Shown in pieces: positions 37,574 through 46,524 of a stretch of 64,000 bases of DNA. A program made the translations under genes and the position numbers. Each line of letters opens with the position of its first letter. Position 1 is the stretch's first letter. This stretch comes from Flavobacteriales bacterium. Lineage in GTDB: Bacteria > Bacteroidota > Bacteroidia > NS11-12g > UBA955. The notes beneath the pieces are model-generated. The model was not told the DNA's origin, made no database searches, and saw only the letters and a program-made list of their open reading frames with translations. Where the stretch lies: NCBI GenBank assembly GCA_947487055.1, contig CANKVN010000001.1:19555-83554 (forward strand), written 5' to 3'.

Positions 37574-38875
37574 TTAAAATTTTCTTTTTCCGGTTACCAC
37601 TTCTGCTTTCAGGTCAAACAGCATGTGATACAGGCCATAGTAAGTGCGGTTTATGTACAGCGAATGACGGGAGCCCCTCGCTTTTTTACTGTTGCGTATT
37701 TCCGGCATTTCGATGAGGTTATCGGCAAACTGATAAATACCGCCAAAATAACGTTCATCGCCAAAATCGAATGTCTCGCAGGTAAATGGCAAGGTCAGCA
37801 TATCAATCATCTGCTTAAACAGCGGAGCAAAAAAAGCAATTTCACCGGCAGAATCGTCTTCGTGCAGCAATTCCAGTTCACGAAATATGCTGTGGGTTTC
37901 TTCTGTATTGTTGTAAATGCTGCGGTCTACCAACCTGAAGTATGGGGTATAAAAGCGATCCGGAATTACCTTCACACAGCCGAAATCAAAAATATTGACC
38001 TTGCCATCCGGTGTAAATAAAAAGTTGCCGGGATGCGGATCTGCATGCACCATCTTTAATTCATGGATTTGAAAATCATAGAAATCCCACAAAGCCTGAC
38101 CAATGCTGTTGCGCACTTCCTGTGTGGGTTTGGTGGCCAAAAATTCCTTCAAGTGCAAACCATTCAGCCAATCCATGGTGATGATTTTATCCGAAGACCA
38201 TTCTGGATAGTACTCTGGAAATTGAAGGTTGGATATGTGTGCACAGGCCTGGCTAAGCTCTATGCTGCGCTGCAGTTCCAGCTGATAGTTGGTTTCTTCC
38301 ATCAGCTTGCCTTCTATCTCGTCAAAATAATTATCAATATCATTTTTGTTCATGCTTAGCAACCGAACAGCAAAGGGTTTAACCATGCGTAGATCGGAGC
38401 CAATAGAATTGGCGATACCGGGATATTGAATTTTTATGGCGAGTTCTTTGCTATTTTTCGTTGCTTTGTGAACCTGACCAATACTGGCGGCGGCAACTGC
38501 GTTTTGGGTAAATTCATCAAAAAAGGCACCAGGTGAATTTCCAAGCGATTTGCGAAATATTTGAGCAACCAGTGGAGCCGACAGCGGCGGTGCCGAATAC
38601 TGGGACAACTGGAATTTCTCCTGATATTCCTGTGGCAAAATTCCCCTGTCCATGCTCATCATCTGCGCCACTTTCAAGGCACTTCCTTTCAATTTGCTGA
38701 GCGTTTCATAAATATCACCGGCATTGTCGCGGTGCAATTCCTCGCGCTGCACGTCACTATTCACCATTTTTTTGGCATAGTGCTTAATGTAATTGCCCCC
38801 TACCTTTACCCCTGCTCCTGCAATGTGTGCAGCCCGCTCTATGCGAGACTTAGGAATGCGCTCCTGCGATTTCAT
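37574..38875 (-). CDS. ABC1/UbiB-family atypical protein kinase
   Basis: 433 aa with AAASIGQVHKA, KIQYPG, HADPHPGNF and FDFG motifs. Confidence 0.85.
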   Translation of the reverse strand: MKSQERIPKSRIERAAHIAGAGVKVGGNYIKHYAKKMVNSDVQREELHRDNAGDIYETLSKLKGSALKVAQMMSMDRGILPQEYQEKFQLSQYSAPPLSAPLVAQIFRKSLGNSPGAFFDEFTQNAVAAASIGQVHKATKNSKELAIKIQYPGIANSIGSDLRMVKPFAVRLLSMNKNDIDNYFDEIEGKLMEETNYQLELQRSIELSQACAHISNLQFPEYYPEWSSDKIITMDWLNGLHLKEFLATKPTQEVRNSIGQALWDFYDFQIHELKMVHADPHPGNFLFTPDGKVNIFDFGCVKVIPDRFYTPYFRLVDRSIYNNTEETHSIFRELELLHEDDSAGEIAFFAPLFKQMIDMLTLPFTCETFDFGDERYFGGIYQFADNLIEMPEIRNSKKARGSRHSLYINRTYYGLYHMLFDLKAEVVTGKRKF

Positions 38876-38881
38876 TCCTGC

Positions 38882-39550
38882 TTAAGAAAAAGATTTTTTG
38901 CTGCGCTGAAAAATGAATTTGCCAAGATCAAGCATTTCATCAAAGATATTTTCCCCCATCAACTTATAAATAAGCCTTACGGTTTTTTCGATGGCTGCAT
39001 CCGTATCCTCAAAATCATTGGATGTGTCTTTAATCCAGAAATTGAGCAGAAAAACGGTTTGCGCCCAAAGGCCGTGCCTAAACTGGTCGGAAATGAACTT
39101 GCGGTCTGCAATTTGTTTTTCCTCAATACCGGAGGCCACAATTCCTGCTGCATAATCCAAAAACAAATGGCGGAAATGCTGTAGGTATTTTTCTGTAGGC
39201 ATTATTCCTTTTCCGGAATGCTTGGCCAGCATCAATAAATAGCTTCTGTGCGCTAGCAACTCCTGGGTCCACAAGAAATAGAATGCGCTAAGTTTTTCGC
39301 TTGAACCAAACTGCTGGTATTGTTTATCCGCTTCCAACTTGGCTTGGGTGTTGTGAAACAGGTGTTCCCAAAAAAATGCGTCAACCGCTTCAAAGCTGCT
39401 AAAAACTGCAAAAAAATCTGCATCCTTTTTCTTCAGTTGTTTCATGAACAAGTAAACCGATTCGGGTTGCTTGCCATGTTCCAGCTGAAATTGGATATAC
39501 TTTTCCAAGATTGTTACCTTTTCCATACGAAGATGTCCAATATCAACCAT
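38882..39550 (-). CDS. TetR/AcrR-like regulator (divergent HTH) co-oriented with the ABC1 kinase gene
   Basis: 222 aa. The N-terminus ILEKYIQFQLEHGKQPESVYLFMKQLKKKDADFFAVFSSFEAV resembles Bacteroidota proteins annotated as TetR family. It ends 6 nt upstream of the kinase gene. Confidence 0.5.
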   Translation of the reverse strand: MVDIGHLRMEKVTILEKYIQFQLEHGKQPESVYLFMKQLKKKDADFFAVFSSFEAVDAFFWEHLFHNTQAKLEADKQYQQFGSSEKLSAFYFLWTQELLAHRSYLLMLAKHSGKGIMPTEKYLQHFRHLFLDYAAGIVASGIEEKQIADRKFISDQFRHGLWAQTVFLLNFWIKDTSNDFEDTDAAIEKTVRLIYKLMGENIFDEMLDLGKFIFQRSKKSFS

Positions 39551-39596
39551 TAAAGGCCGGTTTTTGTTTGGAAAAAGATAAGAAAAACGATAAAAA

Positions 39597-41240
39597 TCAG
39601 GCGAAGCGATTTCCCACCCAAACGAATCGTCGGTTTACGTATTCGGGGTTCGTGAAACCGGCATTTCCGCTGGGGTTTCCGCCGCTTACATGAAAATCGC
39701 TGAATGCTGCATGCTGGTTCACAAATGCTGCACCGGTAAAATTGAAACTTACCGGGGTAAATGCTTCATTCATGGTTGCAGCCACTTCATCCCTGAAAGC
39801 CTCACTGGTGGTGTAACAAAGGCAGGTTATTGCACCCAAGGAAGAAGCACTTTTTGCAGCAAGCTGCAAGCTTGAAATGCTGTCTTTGGTTTTCACTACA
39901 AATACGGCAGGGCCAAAACACTCGTGTTGCCAAACCTCTACATTTGACGCCTCGGTAACCATCACTACCGGACTTTTCATGCGGGCATCGGGGAAATCGG
40001 GATGCTGAACAGGAATGCTGTCGAGCGCCACCTGGGTGTATTTTTTCGCTTCATCCACACGGTTTACGGTAAGGTCATTCTGGATTGCACCAAGGGTGTA
40101 AGGACCCATTTTGGGGTTTTCAACCAATCCTTTGATGGCATTGCCAATTCCGGCAACCACATCATCAAAACCCAGGTGTCCTTCTGCTGTTGAGATTCCG
40201 GTTTCAGGTACAAAAATATTCTGCGGTGCGGTACACATTTGTCCGCTGTATAAACAGGCACTGAAAGCGATATTGTTAAATACGGCCTGGGGATCGTTTA
40301 CGCTGTCAAGAATCACGCTGTTTACACCCGCTTTTTCAGTGAAGGTAATTTTGCCGGAAAGCGATTCGATATAATCACCAAAGGCAGAACCACCGGTATA
40401 GTCAATCAATTTCACATCATGGTGTTCGGCGAGTTTTTTGGTGATTGGATTTGCCAACGTATCGGGTGCCATTTGCACAACATTGGCCTGCAAACCGGCT
40501 TCGAGCAATGCTTTTTGGATTTCTTCAACCACAATTGCAATTGGAAGAATGCTTTTTGGATGTGGCTTCACGATTACGGGGTTTCCGGCAATCAGGGAAG
40601 CATACAAACCGGGAACGGTATTCCATGTGGGGAATGTGCTGCAACCTATTACCAGGGAAATTCCCCTTGGAATGGGCTGAAACGTTTTGTTGATTTTCAA
40701 ATCAAATTTACCCATCGGCTTCACCCATTCAACCGATTTTTCAAACCGGTTGAGTTCCTGGTATGCCAGGCTTAGCACTTCCATGGCCCTGTCATTGGCA
40801 TGTGGCCCACTGGCCTGAAAACTCATCACAAAGCTCTGGCCTGTGGTATGCATGGTTGCATAGGCAATTTCAAAAAACCTTTCGGCAATATTGTTCAAAG
40901 AGTTCACCAGGATTTCGGCCCTTTTTTCCACGCCGGTATTGCGCCATGCAGGCCAGGCGTTTCTGGCATAGGTTACCAAATCTTCAGCCTCATAAAATGG
41001 ATACTGAACGCCCAGTCCCACCATCATATAGGGAGAAACCTCTTCGCCTACGCGGGTTTGGTGTGGATTTTCAGCAATACCCGTAAAATCGGTATTGAGG
41101 TATTTCTGAAAAGATTCCAGTCCTTTGGCGTTGGCATCTTCCGCATACGCTTTGGGATTTTCCGGATAGGCTGCATAAAACTGCCTGTTGCGCTGAGCCT
41201 CTATGGCTTGTTCTATTTGGGTTTTGGCTTGTGAAGTCAT
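39597..41240 (-). CDS. paaN: Aldehyde dehydrogenase family, PaaN-like
   Basis: 547 aa. The N-terminus QFYAAYPENPKAYAEDANAKG resembles PaaN, and a catalytic-Cys context is present (YSGQMCTAPQNIFV). Confidence 0.55.
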   Translation of the reverse strand: MTSQAKTQIEQAIEAQRNRQFYAAYPENPKAYAEDANAKGLESFQKYLNTDFTGIAENPHQTRVGEEVSPYMMVGLGVQYPFYEAEDLVTYARNAWPAWRNTGVEKRAEILVNSLNNIAERFFEIAYATMHTTGQSFVMSFQASGPHANDRAMEVLSLAYQELNRFEKSVEWVKPMGKFDLKINKTFQPIPRGISLVIGCSTFPTWNTVPGLYASLIAGNPVIVKPHPKSILPIAIVVEEIQKALLEAGLQANVVQMAPDTLANPITKKLAEHHDVKLIDYTGGSAFGDYIESLSGKITFTEKAGVNSVILDSVNDPQAVFNNIAFSACLYSGQMCTAPQNIFVPETGISTAEGHLGFDDVVAGIGNAIKGLVENPKMGPYTLGAIQNDLTVNRVDEAKKYTQVALDSIPVQHPDFPDARMKSPVVMVTEASNVEVWQHECFGPAVFVVKTKDSISSLQLAAKSASSLGAITCLCYTTSEAFRDEVAATMNEAFTPVSFNFTGAAFVNQHAAFSDFHVSGGNPSGNAGFTNPEYVNRRFVWVGNRFA

Positions 41241-41280
41241 GAACTGGTTAAACGATTAAAGTTGGTTGGTTGATTCTATG

Positions 41281-41460
41281 TTATCTAGGTGTAGGAAATG
41301 CAAAAAACAGTGAATTAGGGGCGCAAATATCACCCCAACAGCGGTTAAAAAGGTTGAAAAAAATGAAGGCAATACCAAACAGTAGGAATAAAAGCTCCCT
41401 CCTGATGAACACCGCACGCTTTGCGAGTGGATGAAACTTGCGTTCAAATTTTAAAGCCAT
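41281..41460 (-). CDS. Candidate 59-aa membrane micro-protein
   Basis: One residue below the track cut-off. The ATG lies 7 nt after the DUF3467 stop. The sequence MALKFERKFHPLAKRAVFIRRELLFLLFGIAFIFFNLFNRCWGDICAPNSLFFAFPTPR has a basic N-terminus and one TM helix. It competes with a 63-aa ORF in another frame (41256..41447). Confidence 0.25.
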   Translation of the reverse strand: MALKFERKFHPLAKRAVFIRRELLFLLFGIAFIFFNLFNRCWGDICAPNSLFFAFPTPR

Positions 41461-41466
41461 GGTGCA

Positions 41467-41781
41467 TTATGCTTGCCCTGTTTGTCCGCCAAAATTAAGG
41501 GGAATGGCAGGATTGGCGGCCGTCTCATCCAGCTCAATTTCACCGAAAGTTTCCTCAAATTTGGATACATTCTCGGCCAGCGCCATCATCAAACGTTTGG
41601 CATGCTGAGGTGCCAGTATAATTCGTGATTTCACCTTCCCTTTTGGCACACCGGGCATCAAACGGACAAAGTCCACGATAAACTCTGTATTGCTGTGGGT
41701 GATTATCGCAAAATTGCTGTAGATACCATCTGCTATTTCATCGGATATTTCTATATCGAAAGGTTGATTCTGATTTTCCAT
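41467..41781 (-). CDS. DUF3467-like small protein
   Basis: 104 aa. The GIYSNFAIITHSNTEFIVDFVRLMPG.. pattern matches what I recall for DUF3467. Confidence 0.7.
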   Translation of the reverse strand: MENQNQPFDIEISDEIADGIYSNFAIITHSNTEFIVDFVRLMPGVPKGKVKSRIILAPQHAKRLMMALAENVSKFEETFGEIELDETAANPAIPLNFGGQTGQA

Positions 41782-41880
41782 GTGCTAAAGTTATTGTACA
41801 GGCAAAGATAAACCAGCGCAACGATAAGCGAAAAAAAATGCTAAGTTTGTAATAAACCATTTACAGGTTTCAACATCCAA

Positions 41881-43437
41881 ATGATTACCATGAGAAAAAT
41901 AATGTTGGCGGCACTTTGTTCCTTTAGCCTGGGCCTATTTGCCCAAACCCCCAACTGGAGCGAACATATTGCCCCTATCCTGTTCAACAACTGCACCAGT
42001 TGCCACGTAGATGGCGGAATCGGACCATTTTCTCTGGCTACATACAACCAGGCGGTAACTTATTCGGGAGGTGTAAAAAATGCAACCGCCGCAAGGCGTA
42101 TGCCACCATGGCCCGCCGATGTTCAGTACCAGCGCTATGCCCATGAGCGAATTCTCAGCAGCGAAGAAATCAGCACCATTGCTGCCTGGGTTGATGGCGG
42201 AATGCCAAAAGGCGACACCACAAAAGCACCGGCCAAGCCCACACTCAAAAAGGGCGGCAGCATTACCAATCCCACCAAAACCCTAAAAATGCCTGATTAC
42301 GCGGTCAATACCACTGCCGATGAGTATCGTTGCTTTGTGTTGCCTACAGGATTCACCCAGGATCAGTTCCTCACGGCTATTGAGGTTATACCCGGAAACC
42401 TTCGGGTGGTACACCATGCGCTTATTTTTCATGATACAGGCTCAAAACCCCTGCAAATGGACGCTGCAGATCCTAAACCCGGATACCTAAGCTTCGGAGG
42501 CACCGGAAGCAGCACTTCCGAACTTATTGGATTGTGGGTTCCCGGCTCCGAACCCTACTTTTTTCCAACAGGATTCGGGATAAAACTCCCCAAAAAAGGC
42601 AACATCATTTTGCAAATCCATTATCCTGGTGGTGTGAGTAACGTAACCGACAGCACTCAGGTAATCCTCAAAACCACAACCAGCATGCTCCGTCAGGTGA
42701 TGATATCTTCAGCCTTGAACCACACATCTCCATCATTGCAGAATGGGCCATTATATATTCCGGCAAATCAGGTAAAAAGTTTCAACAACAAATACGATTT
42801 ACCGGTGGCTATTTCCATTTTCACAGTTGGGCCGCACATGCACCTGATAGGTAAATCTATTAAGGCTTTTGCGATACCAACAACTAAAGATACCATCCGC
42901 TTATTCGATATTCCCCGCTGGGATTTCCACTGGCAACGTGCATATTCTTTTCGCAATGTGCTCAAACTTCCCGCAGGTACCACACTCAAAGGATTTGCCA
43001 CGTATGACAATACTTCGGTCAATTCGAATAACCCGAGCAATCCACCGAAAGCTGTTACTTTGGGAGAAGCCACCACAGACGAAATGTTTTTGGTGTATTT
43101 CTGGTTTACCCTTTACCAAAACGGGGATGAAAACATTGCGATAGACAACAGCGCCTTGAAAAACGTGAGTAAAACCCCGTTGATTACTGCCTCTGACAGC
43201 CGTGTTTACCCCAATCCTGCATCTGACTTCGTGACCATATCGGATAGCCGTTTTGCGGCAGGCAATATTCAATGGCAGGTTGTGGACGTTTCTGGCAAAA
43301 TGGTAATGCAAGGAGAAAGTCATGTATCCCAAGAACAACAGGCACAGCTGCAAGTGGGCTCCCTAAATCCAGGTGTTTATCAGGTAATAGCAAAACAGGG
43401 CACCATGGTCTACGGTGCGCGTTTATTGAAGCAATAA
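41881..43437 (+). CDS. Secreted CxxCH-domain / copper type II (PHM/DBH-like) monooxygenase fusion with T9SS sorting domain
   Basis: It has a signal peptide and CTSCH in a HIAPILFNNCTSCHVDGGIGPF..MPPW module. The copper-ligand pattern is VVHHALIFH, QIHYP, GPHMHLIGK, TTDEMF. The C-terminus VYPNPASDFVTIS..GVYQVIAKQGTMVYGARLLKQ is a type-A T9SS CTD. Confidence 0.6.
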   Translation: MITMRKIMLAALCSFSLGLFAQTPNWSEHIAPILFNNCTSCHVDGGIGPFSLATYNQAVTYSGGVKNATAARRMPPWPADVQYQRYAHERILSSEEISTIAAWVDGGMPKGDTTKAPAKPTLKKGGSITNPTKTLKMPDYAVNTTADEYRCFVLPTGFTQDQFLTAIEVIPGNLRVVHHALIFHDTGSKPLQMDAADPKPGYLSFGGTGSSTSELIGLWVPGSEPYFFPTGFGIKLPKKGNIILQIHYPGGVSNVTDSTQVILKTTTSMLRQVMISSALNHTSPSLQNGPLYIPANQVKSFNNKYDLPVAISIFTVGPHMHLIGKSIKAFAIPTTKDTIRLFDIPRWDFHWQRAYSFRNVLKLPAGTTLKGFATYDNTSVNSNNPSNPPKAVTLGEATTDEMFLVYFWFTLYQNGDENIAIDNSALKNVSKTPLITASDSRVYPNPASDFVTISDSRFAAGNIQWQVVDVSGKMVMQGESHVSQEQQAQLQVGSLNPGVYQVIAKQGTMVYGARLLKQ

Positions 43438-43439
43438 CC

Positions 43440-43820
43440 TTACTTAACGCAGGTTACCGAAATTTCTACCAGGGCATCTTTGGGCAAACGGGAAACTTCA
43501 ACTGTTTCGCGGGCAGGATAGGCATCTTTGGGGAAATATTCGCCATAAATGGCATTTACTTTGGGGAAATCATCCATGCTTTTTAAGAAAATGGTAGATT
43601 TCACGATGTGGCTAAAATCCAGACCGGCTGCGTCCAACAACGCTTTGATATTGTCCATTACCTGCTTTGCCTGGGCTTCTACGCCACCTTCCACCATGTG
43701 TCCGGTGTTTGGATTAAGGGCAATCTGACCTGAGAAGTACCAGGTATTCCCTGCACGAACCCCTTGGCTGTAGGGCCCGATGGGTGCCGGGGCATTTTTT
43801 GTAAAAATCGTTTCTCGCAT
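43440..43820 (-). CDS. ridA: RidA/YjgF-family reactive intermediate deaminase
   Basis: Starts at ATG 43820 (MRETIFTKNAPAPIGPYSQGV..), giving the typical length of about 126 aa. The C-terminal ARETVEVSRLPKDALVEI matches the family. Confidence 0.88.
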   Translation of the reverse strand: MRETIFTKNAPAPIGPYSQGVRAGNTWYFSGQIALNPNTGHMVEGGVEAQAKQVMDNIKALLDAAGLDFSHIVKSTIFLKSMDDFPKVNAIYGEYFPKDAYPARETVEVSRLPKDALVEISVTCVK

Positions 43821-43846
43821 GATGGTTTGCTTATTTTTGTGGCTGC

Positions 43847-44509
43847 ATGAAAATAGGAATACTGGGAACAGCAGACAGGCGTAAATCCTGGCCGAATTCA
43901 GGGAGCGAAGATAATTCGCAGATTTCATGGGTGCAAAATAGCCAAGTTGCCGGTGATTTCAACCTCTTCATTGATTTGAACTTTGACGCGCACCCCGAAC
44001 GCATTCGCGATTATGCGGGAAACACCCACACAATTTTTCTTCTGAGTGCCGTTAATTGCACACCAGAGCTGGCATTTCACCAGGAAAACATCCGCCATGG
44101 CGGGGAGCAAATTTTCGGCATTAATGCCATTCCCGGATTTCTGGAAAGAAGCATTGCTGAGGTTTCAAACCCATTTGAATTAAATACCGATCTGCTAAAT
44201 CCATTCAAATCCTTACTGCATTTTGAAAACTTTGAGTGGGTGAAAAGCCGCGTGGGCATGGTTACTCCGCGCATCGTTTTCATGATTATCAATGAAGCAT
44301 TTTTCACCCAGCAGGAAGGCACCGCCACTGCACCGGATATAGACACGGCCATGAAACTGGGAACTGCCTATCCCCATGGACCTTTTGAATGGATGGAGCG
44401 CTGTGGCATTGACAATGTTTACCAAACACTGGAAGCCCTTTATGCCGACACCCACGATGAGCGCTACAAGGTTTGTCCGGCGTTGAAAACCAACTATTTA
44501 AAAAACTAG
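43847..44509 (+). CDS. 3-hydroxyacyl-CoA dehydrogenase-like protein with degenerate N-terminal domain
   Basis: The C-terminal domain is clear (RIVFMIINEAFFTQQEGTATAPDIDTAMKLGTAYPHGPFEWMERCGIDNV). The N-terminus lacks GxGxxG (it reads KIGILGTADRRKSW) and is about 45 aa shorter than canonical enzymes. Confidence 0.6.
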   Translation: MKIGILGTADRRKSWPNSGSEDNSQISWVQNSQVAGDFNLFIDLNFDAHPERIRDYAGNTHTIFLLSAVNCTPELAFHQENIRHGGEQIFGINAIPGFLERSIAEVSNPFELNTDLLNPFKSLLHFENFEWVKSRVGMVTPRIVFMIINEAFFTQQEGTATAPDIDTAMKLGTAYPHGPFEWMERCGIDNVYQTLEALYADTHDERYKVCPALKTNYLKN

Positions 44510-44513
44510 AAAA

Positions 44514-44879
44514 TCAGAATTGTCGGGTGCGCAACATCACCAGCGTGCAAGCCGAGAAGCAATGAATGCCTGCATCAGATAACATTTGCATCAGGGTAGC
44601 ATTTTCCGTTCCAGGATTAAAAATCACCCGGGTGGGTTTTAAAGCCAAAATTGCTGAATACCAAACCTCTTGATGCAACGGATTGAGGTATAATGTAATG
44701 GTATCAACTGAGGTAATGTTTTCTGGAATCTCGCGGTGTATGGACAATCCCGCAACCGATGTTCCGGATTTGCCCACCAATATGGGATGATGCCCATATT
44801 CCAGCAACATTAAGGTTGCCATGTGGCTATACCGCATGGGATTTTCGGAGGCCCCGAGTATCAACACCGTTTCAGCCAT
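44514..44879 (-). CDS. CoA-binding domain protein (YccU-like)
   Basis: 121 aa with the start MAETVLILGASENPMRYSH. It overlaps the upstream gene by 8 nt. Confidence 0.75.
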   Translation of the reverse strand: MAETVLILGASENPMRYSHMATLMLLEYGHHPILVGKSGTSVAGLSIHREIPENITSVDTITLYLNPLHQEVWYSAILALKPTRVIFNPGTENATLMQMLSDAGIHCFSACTLVMLRTRQF

Positions 44880-46419
44880 GCTGCAATGTTAGTGAAGCCG
44901 CTTCTGCACACCTTATTCCGTCCAGTGCCGCACTGATAATCCCTCCTGCATATCCTGCACCTTCGCCACATGGATATAGGTTGGCAACCTGCGGATGTTG
45001 CAACAATTCTTTATCCCTGGGTATACGAACCGGGCTGCTGGTACGGCTTTCTACACCAACCAGCAAAGCCTCGCGGGTGCGAAATCCTTTCATTTTATTA
45101 CCCAATACTTCCAGTGCGCCACGAATGCGCGAAGCTACATCCTTGCTTAACACTTCATCTATTTCCCTTGGGGCAATTCCGGGTATGTAAGAACATTCCG
45201 GCAAATCTGCAGATGCCTTGCGATTGAGAAAATCTTCCATCCGCTGGGCCGGTGCCGTGAGGTTCCCCTCGGTTTGATAAGCCAATTGCTCCCAATGCGC
45301 CTGATACTGCATGGCCCTGAGCGGTCCATATTGCCCGTAAGTAGCAAAATCAGCATCATCTACGGTTACCACAAAACCACTGTTGGCAAACTTGCCATTG
45401 CGTTTGCTGGGACTCCAGCCATTCACCACCACTTCTCCGGGAGCTGTTGCCGCAGGTGCAATGATGCCACCCGGACACATGCAAAAGGAAAAAACACCGC
45501 GTCCGTTTACCTGCTCCACCAAACTGTATGAAGCCGGCGGCAGCTGGTTTTCAGGGGCATTGCAACGGTATTGTATGCTGTCAATCAATTCCTGCGGATG
45601 TTCCATCCTTACCCCAAGGGCGAATGGCTTGGCTTCTATGGCAAGTCCTTTATCGTGCAGCAGGCTAAATATATCCCGGGCGCTGTGGCCTGTTGCCAGA
45701 ATTACTGCATGAACAGGCAATTCTTCCCCCTCTGCCAATACCACAGACCGCACTTTGGCATCGTTTATCTTAAAATCCACTACACGCTTATCAAACAACA
45801 CCTCGCCACCGCAAGCAATGATGTGCTCGCGGATGTGCTCAATAATACCGGGCAGCTTGTTCGTTCCAATGTGCGGATGGGCTTCCCAGGTGATTGCCGA
45901 GGTGGCACCATGGTGCACCAATTCCTGCAATATTTTGGCCACATCGCCACGTTTGGTGCTGCGCGTATAAAGCTTTCCATCGCTGTAGGTGCCGGCACCG
46001 CCCTCACCAAAACAATAGTTGCTGTCTTCATTCACCAGATGCTCCTTGTTCAGTATGGCCAAATCTCGACGGCGCTCTTTCACCGGCTTACCACGTTCCA
46101 GAACAACGGGCTTAAACCCTTGCTCGATAAGCGATAGCGCAGCAAACAGCCCGGCAGGACCACTGCCCACCACATGCACCGGAATGGCGCTGTGCACATC
46201 CCTGGCCAAAAACCCCTGCGATACCGGAGGCAGCTCCCCCGACGAATACACATCAGCGGTGATGATGAACAATGGTTGTTTTCCCCTGGCATCCAAACTG
46301 CGCTTGCGCCAAACCACGGTAGCACCTTGTATGCCTGCAGCATCACAGAACCTGCGATTCACCAACTCGGTATCGGCGTTTTCGGTAGGCGTGAAGGTTA
46401 ACTGCAGGTTCTTAGGCAT
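44872..46419 (-). CDS. FAD-dependent oxidoreductase (COG2509-like)
   Basis: 515 aa with the dinucleotide motif VVGSGPAGLFAAL followed by ERGKPVKERRRD, as in the uncharacterised FAD-dependent dehydrogenase family. Confidence 0.7.
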   Translation of the reverse strand: MPKNLQLTFTPTENADTELVNRRFCDAAGIQGATVVWRKRSLDARGKQPLFIITADVYSSGELPPVSQGFLARDVHSAIPVHVVGSGPAGLFAALSLIEQGFKPVVLERGKPVKERRRDLAILNKEHLVNEDSNYCFGEGGAGTYSDGKLYTRSTKRGDVAKILQELVHHGATSAITWEAHPHIGTNKLPGIIEHIREHIIACGGEVLFDKRVVDFKINDAKVRSVVLAEGEELPVHAVILATGHSARDIFSLLHDKGLAIEAKPFALGVRMEHPQELIDSIQYRCNAPENQLPPASYSLVEQVNGRGVFSFCMCPGGIIAPAATAPGEVVVNGWSPSKRNGKFANSGFVVTVDDADFATYGQYGPLRAMQYQAHWEQLAYQTEGNLTAPAQRMEDFLNRKASADLPECSYIPGIAPREIDEVLSKDVASRIRGALEVLGNKMKGFRTREALLVGVESRTSSPVRIPRDKELLQHPQVANLYPCGEGAGYAGGIISAALDGIRCAEAASLTLQHG

Positions 46420-46524
46420 GGCAACAAATGCAAAAGTACGCCCACAATTCCGATCACAAAGAATCTTTCATATTCAACAACCCTATTGATTTTACCCTTC
46501 GCATTTCTGAAGTACATTTGCATC

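Noticed and set aside
41256-41447. 63-aa track ORF in the DUF3467/PaaN-like spacer
   Set aside because: It overlaps a better-placed 59-aa ORF in another frame. It has no convincing start context and is Cys/Ser/His-rich. Neither ORF can be confirmed without comparative data.
46513-46520. TACATTTG (exact TAnnTTTG) as the trpS promoter -7 box
   Set aside because: It ends only 4 nt before the ATG at 46525, so the predicted TSS would fall inside the coding sequence unless a later start is used. It is probably fortuitous.
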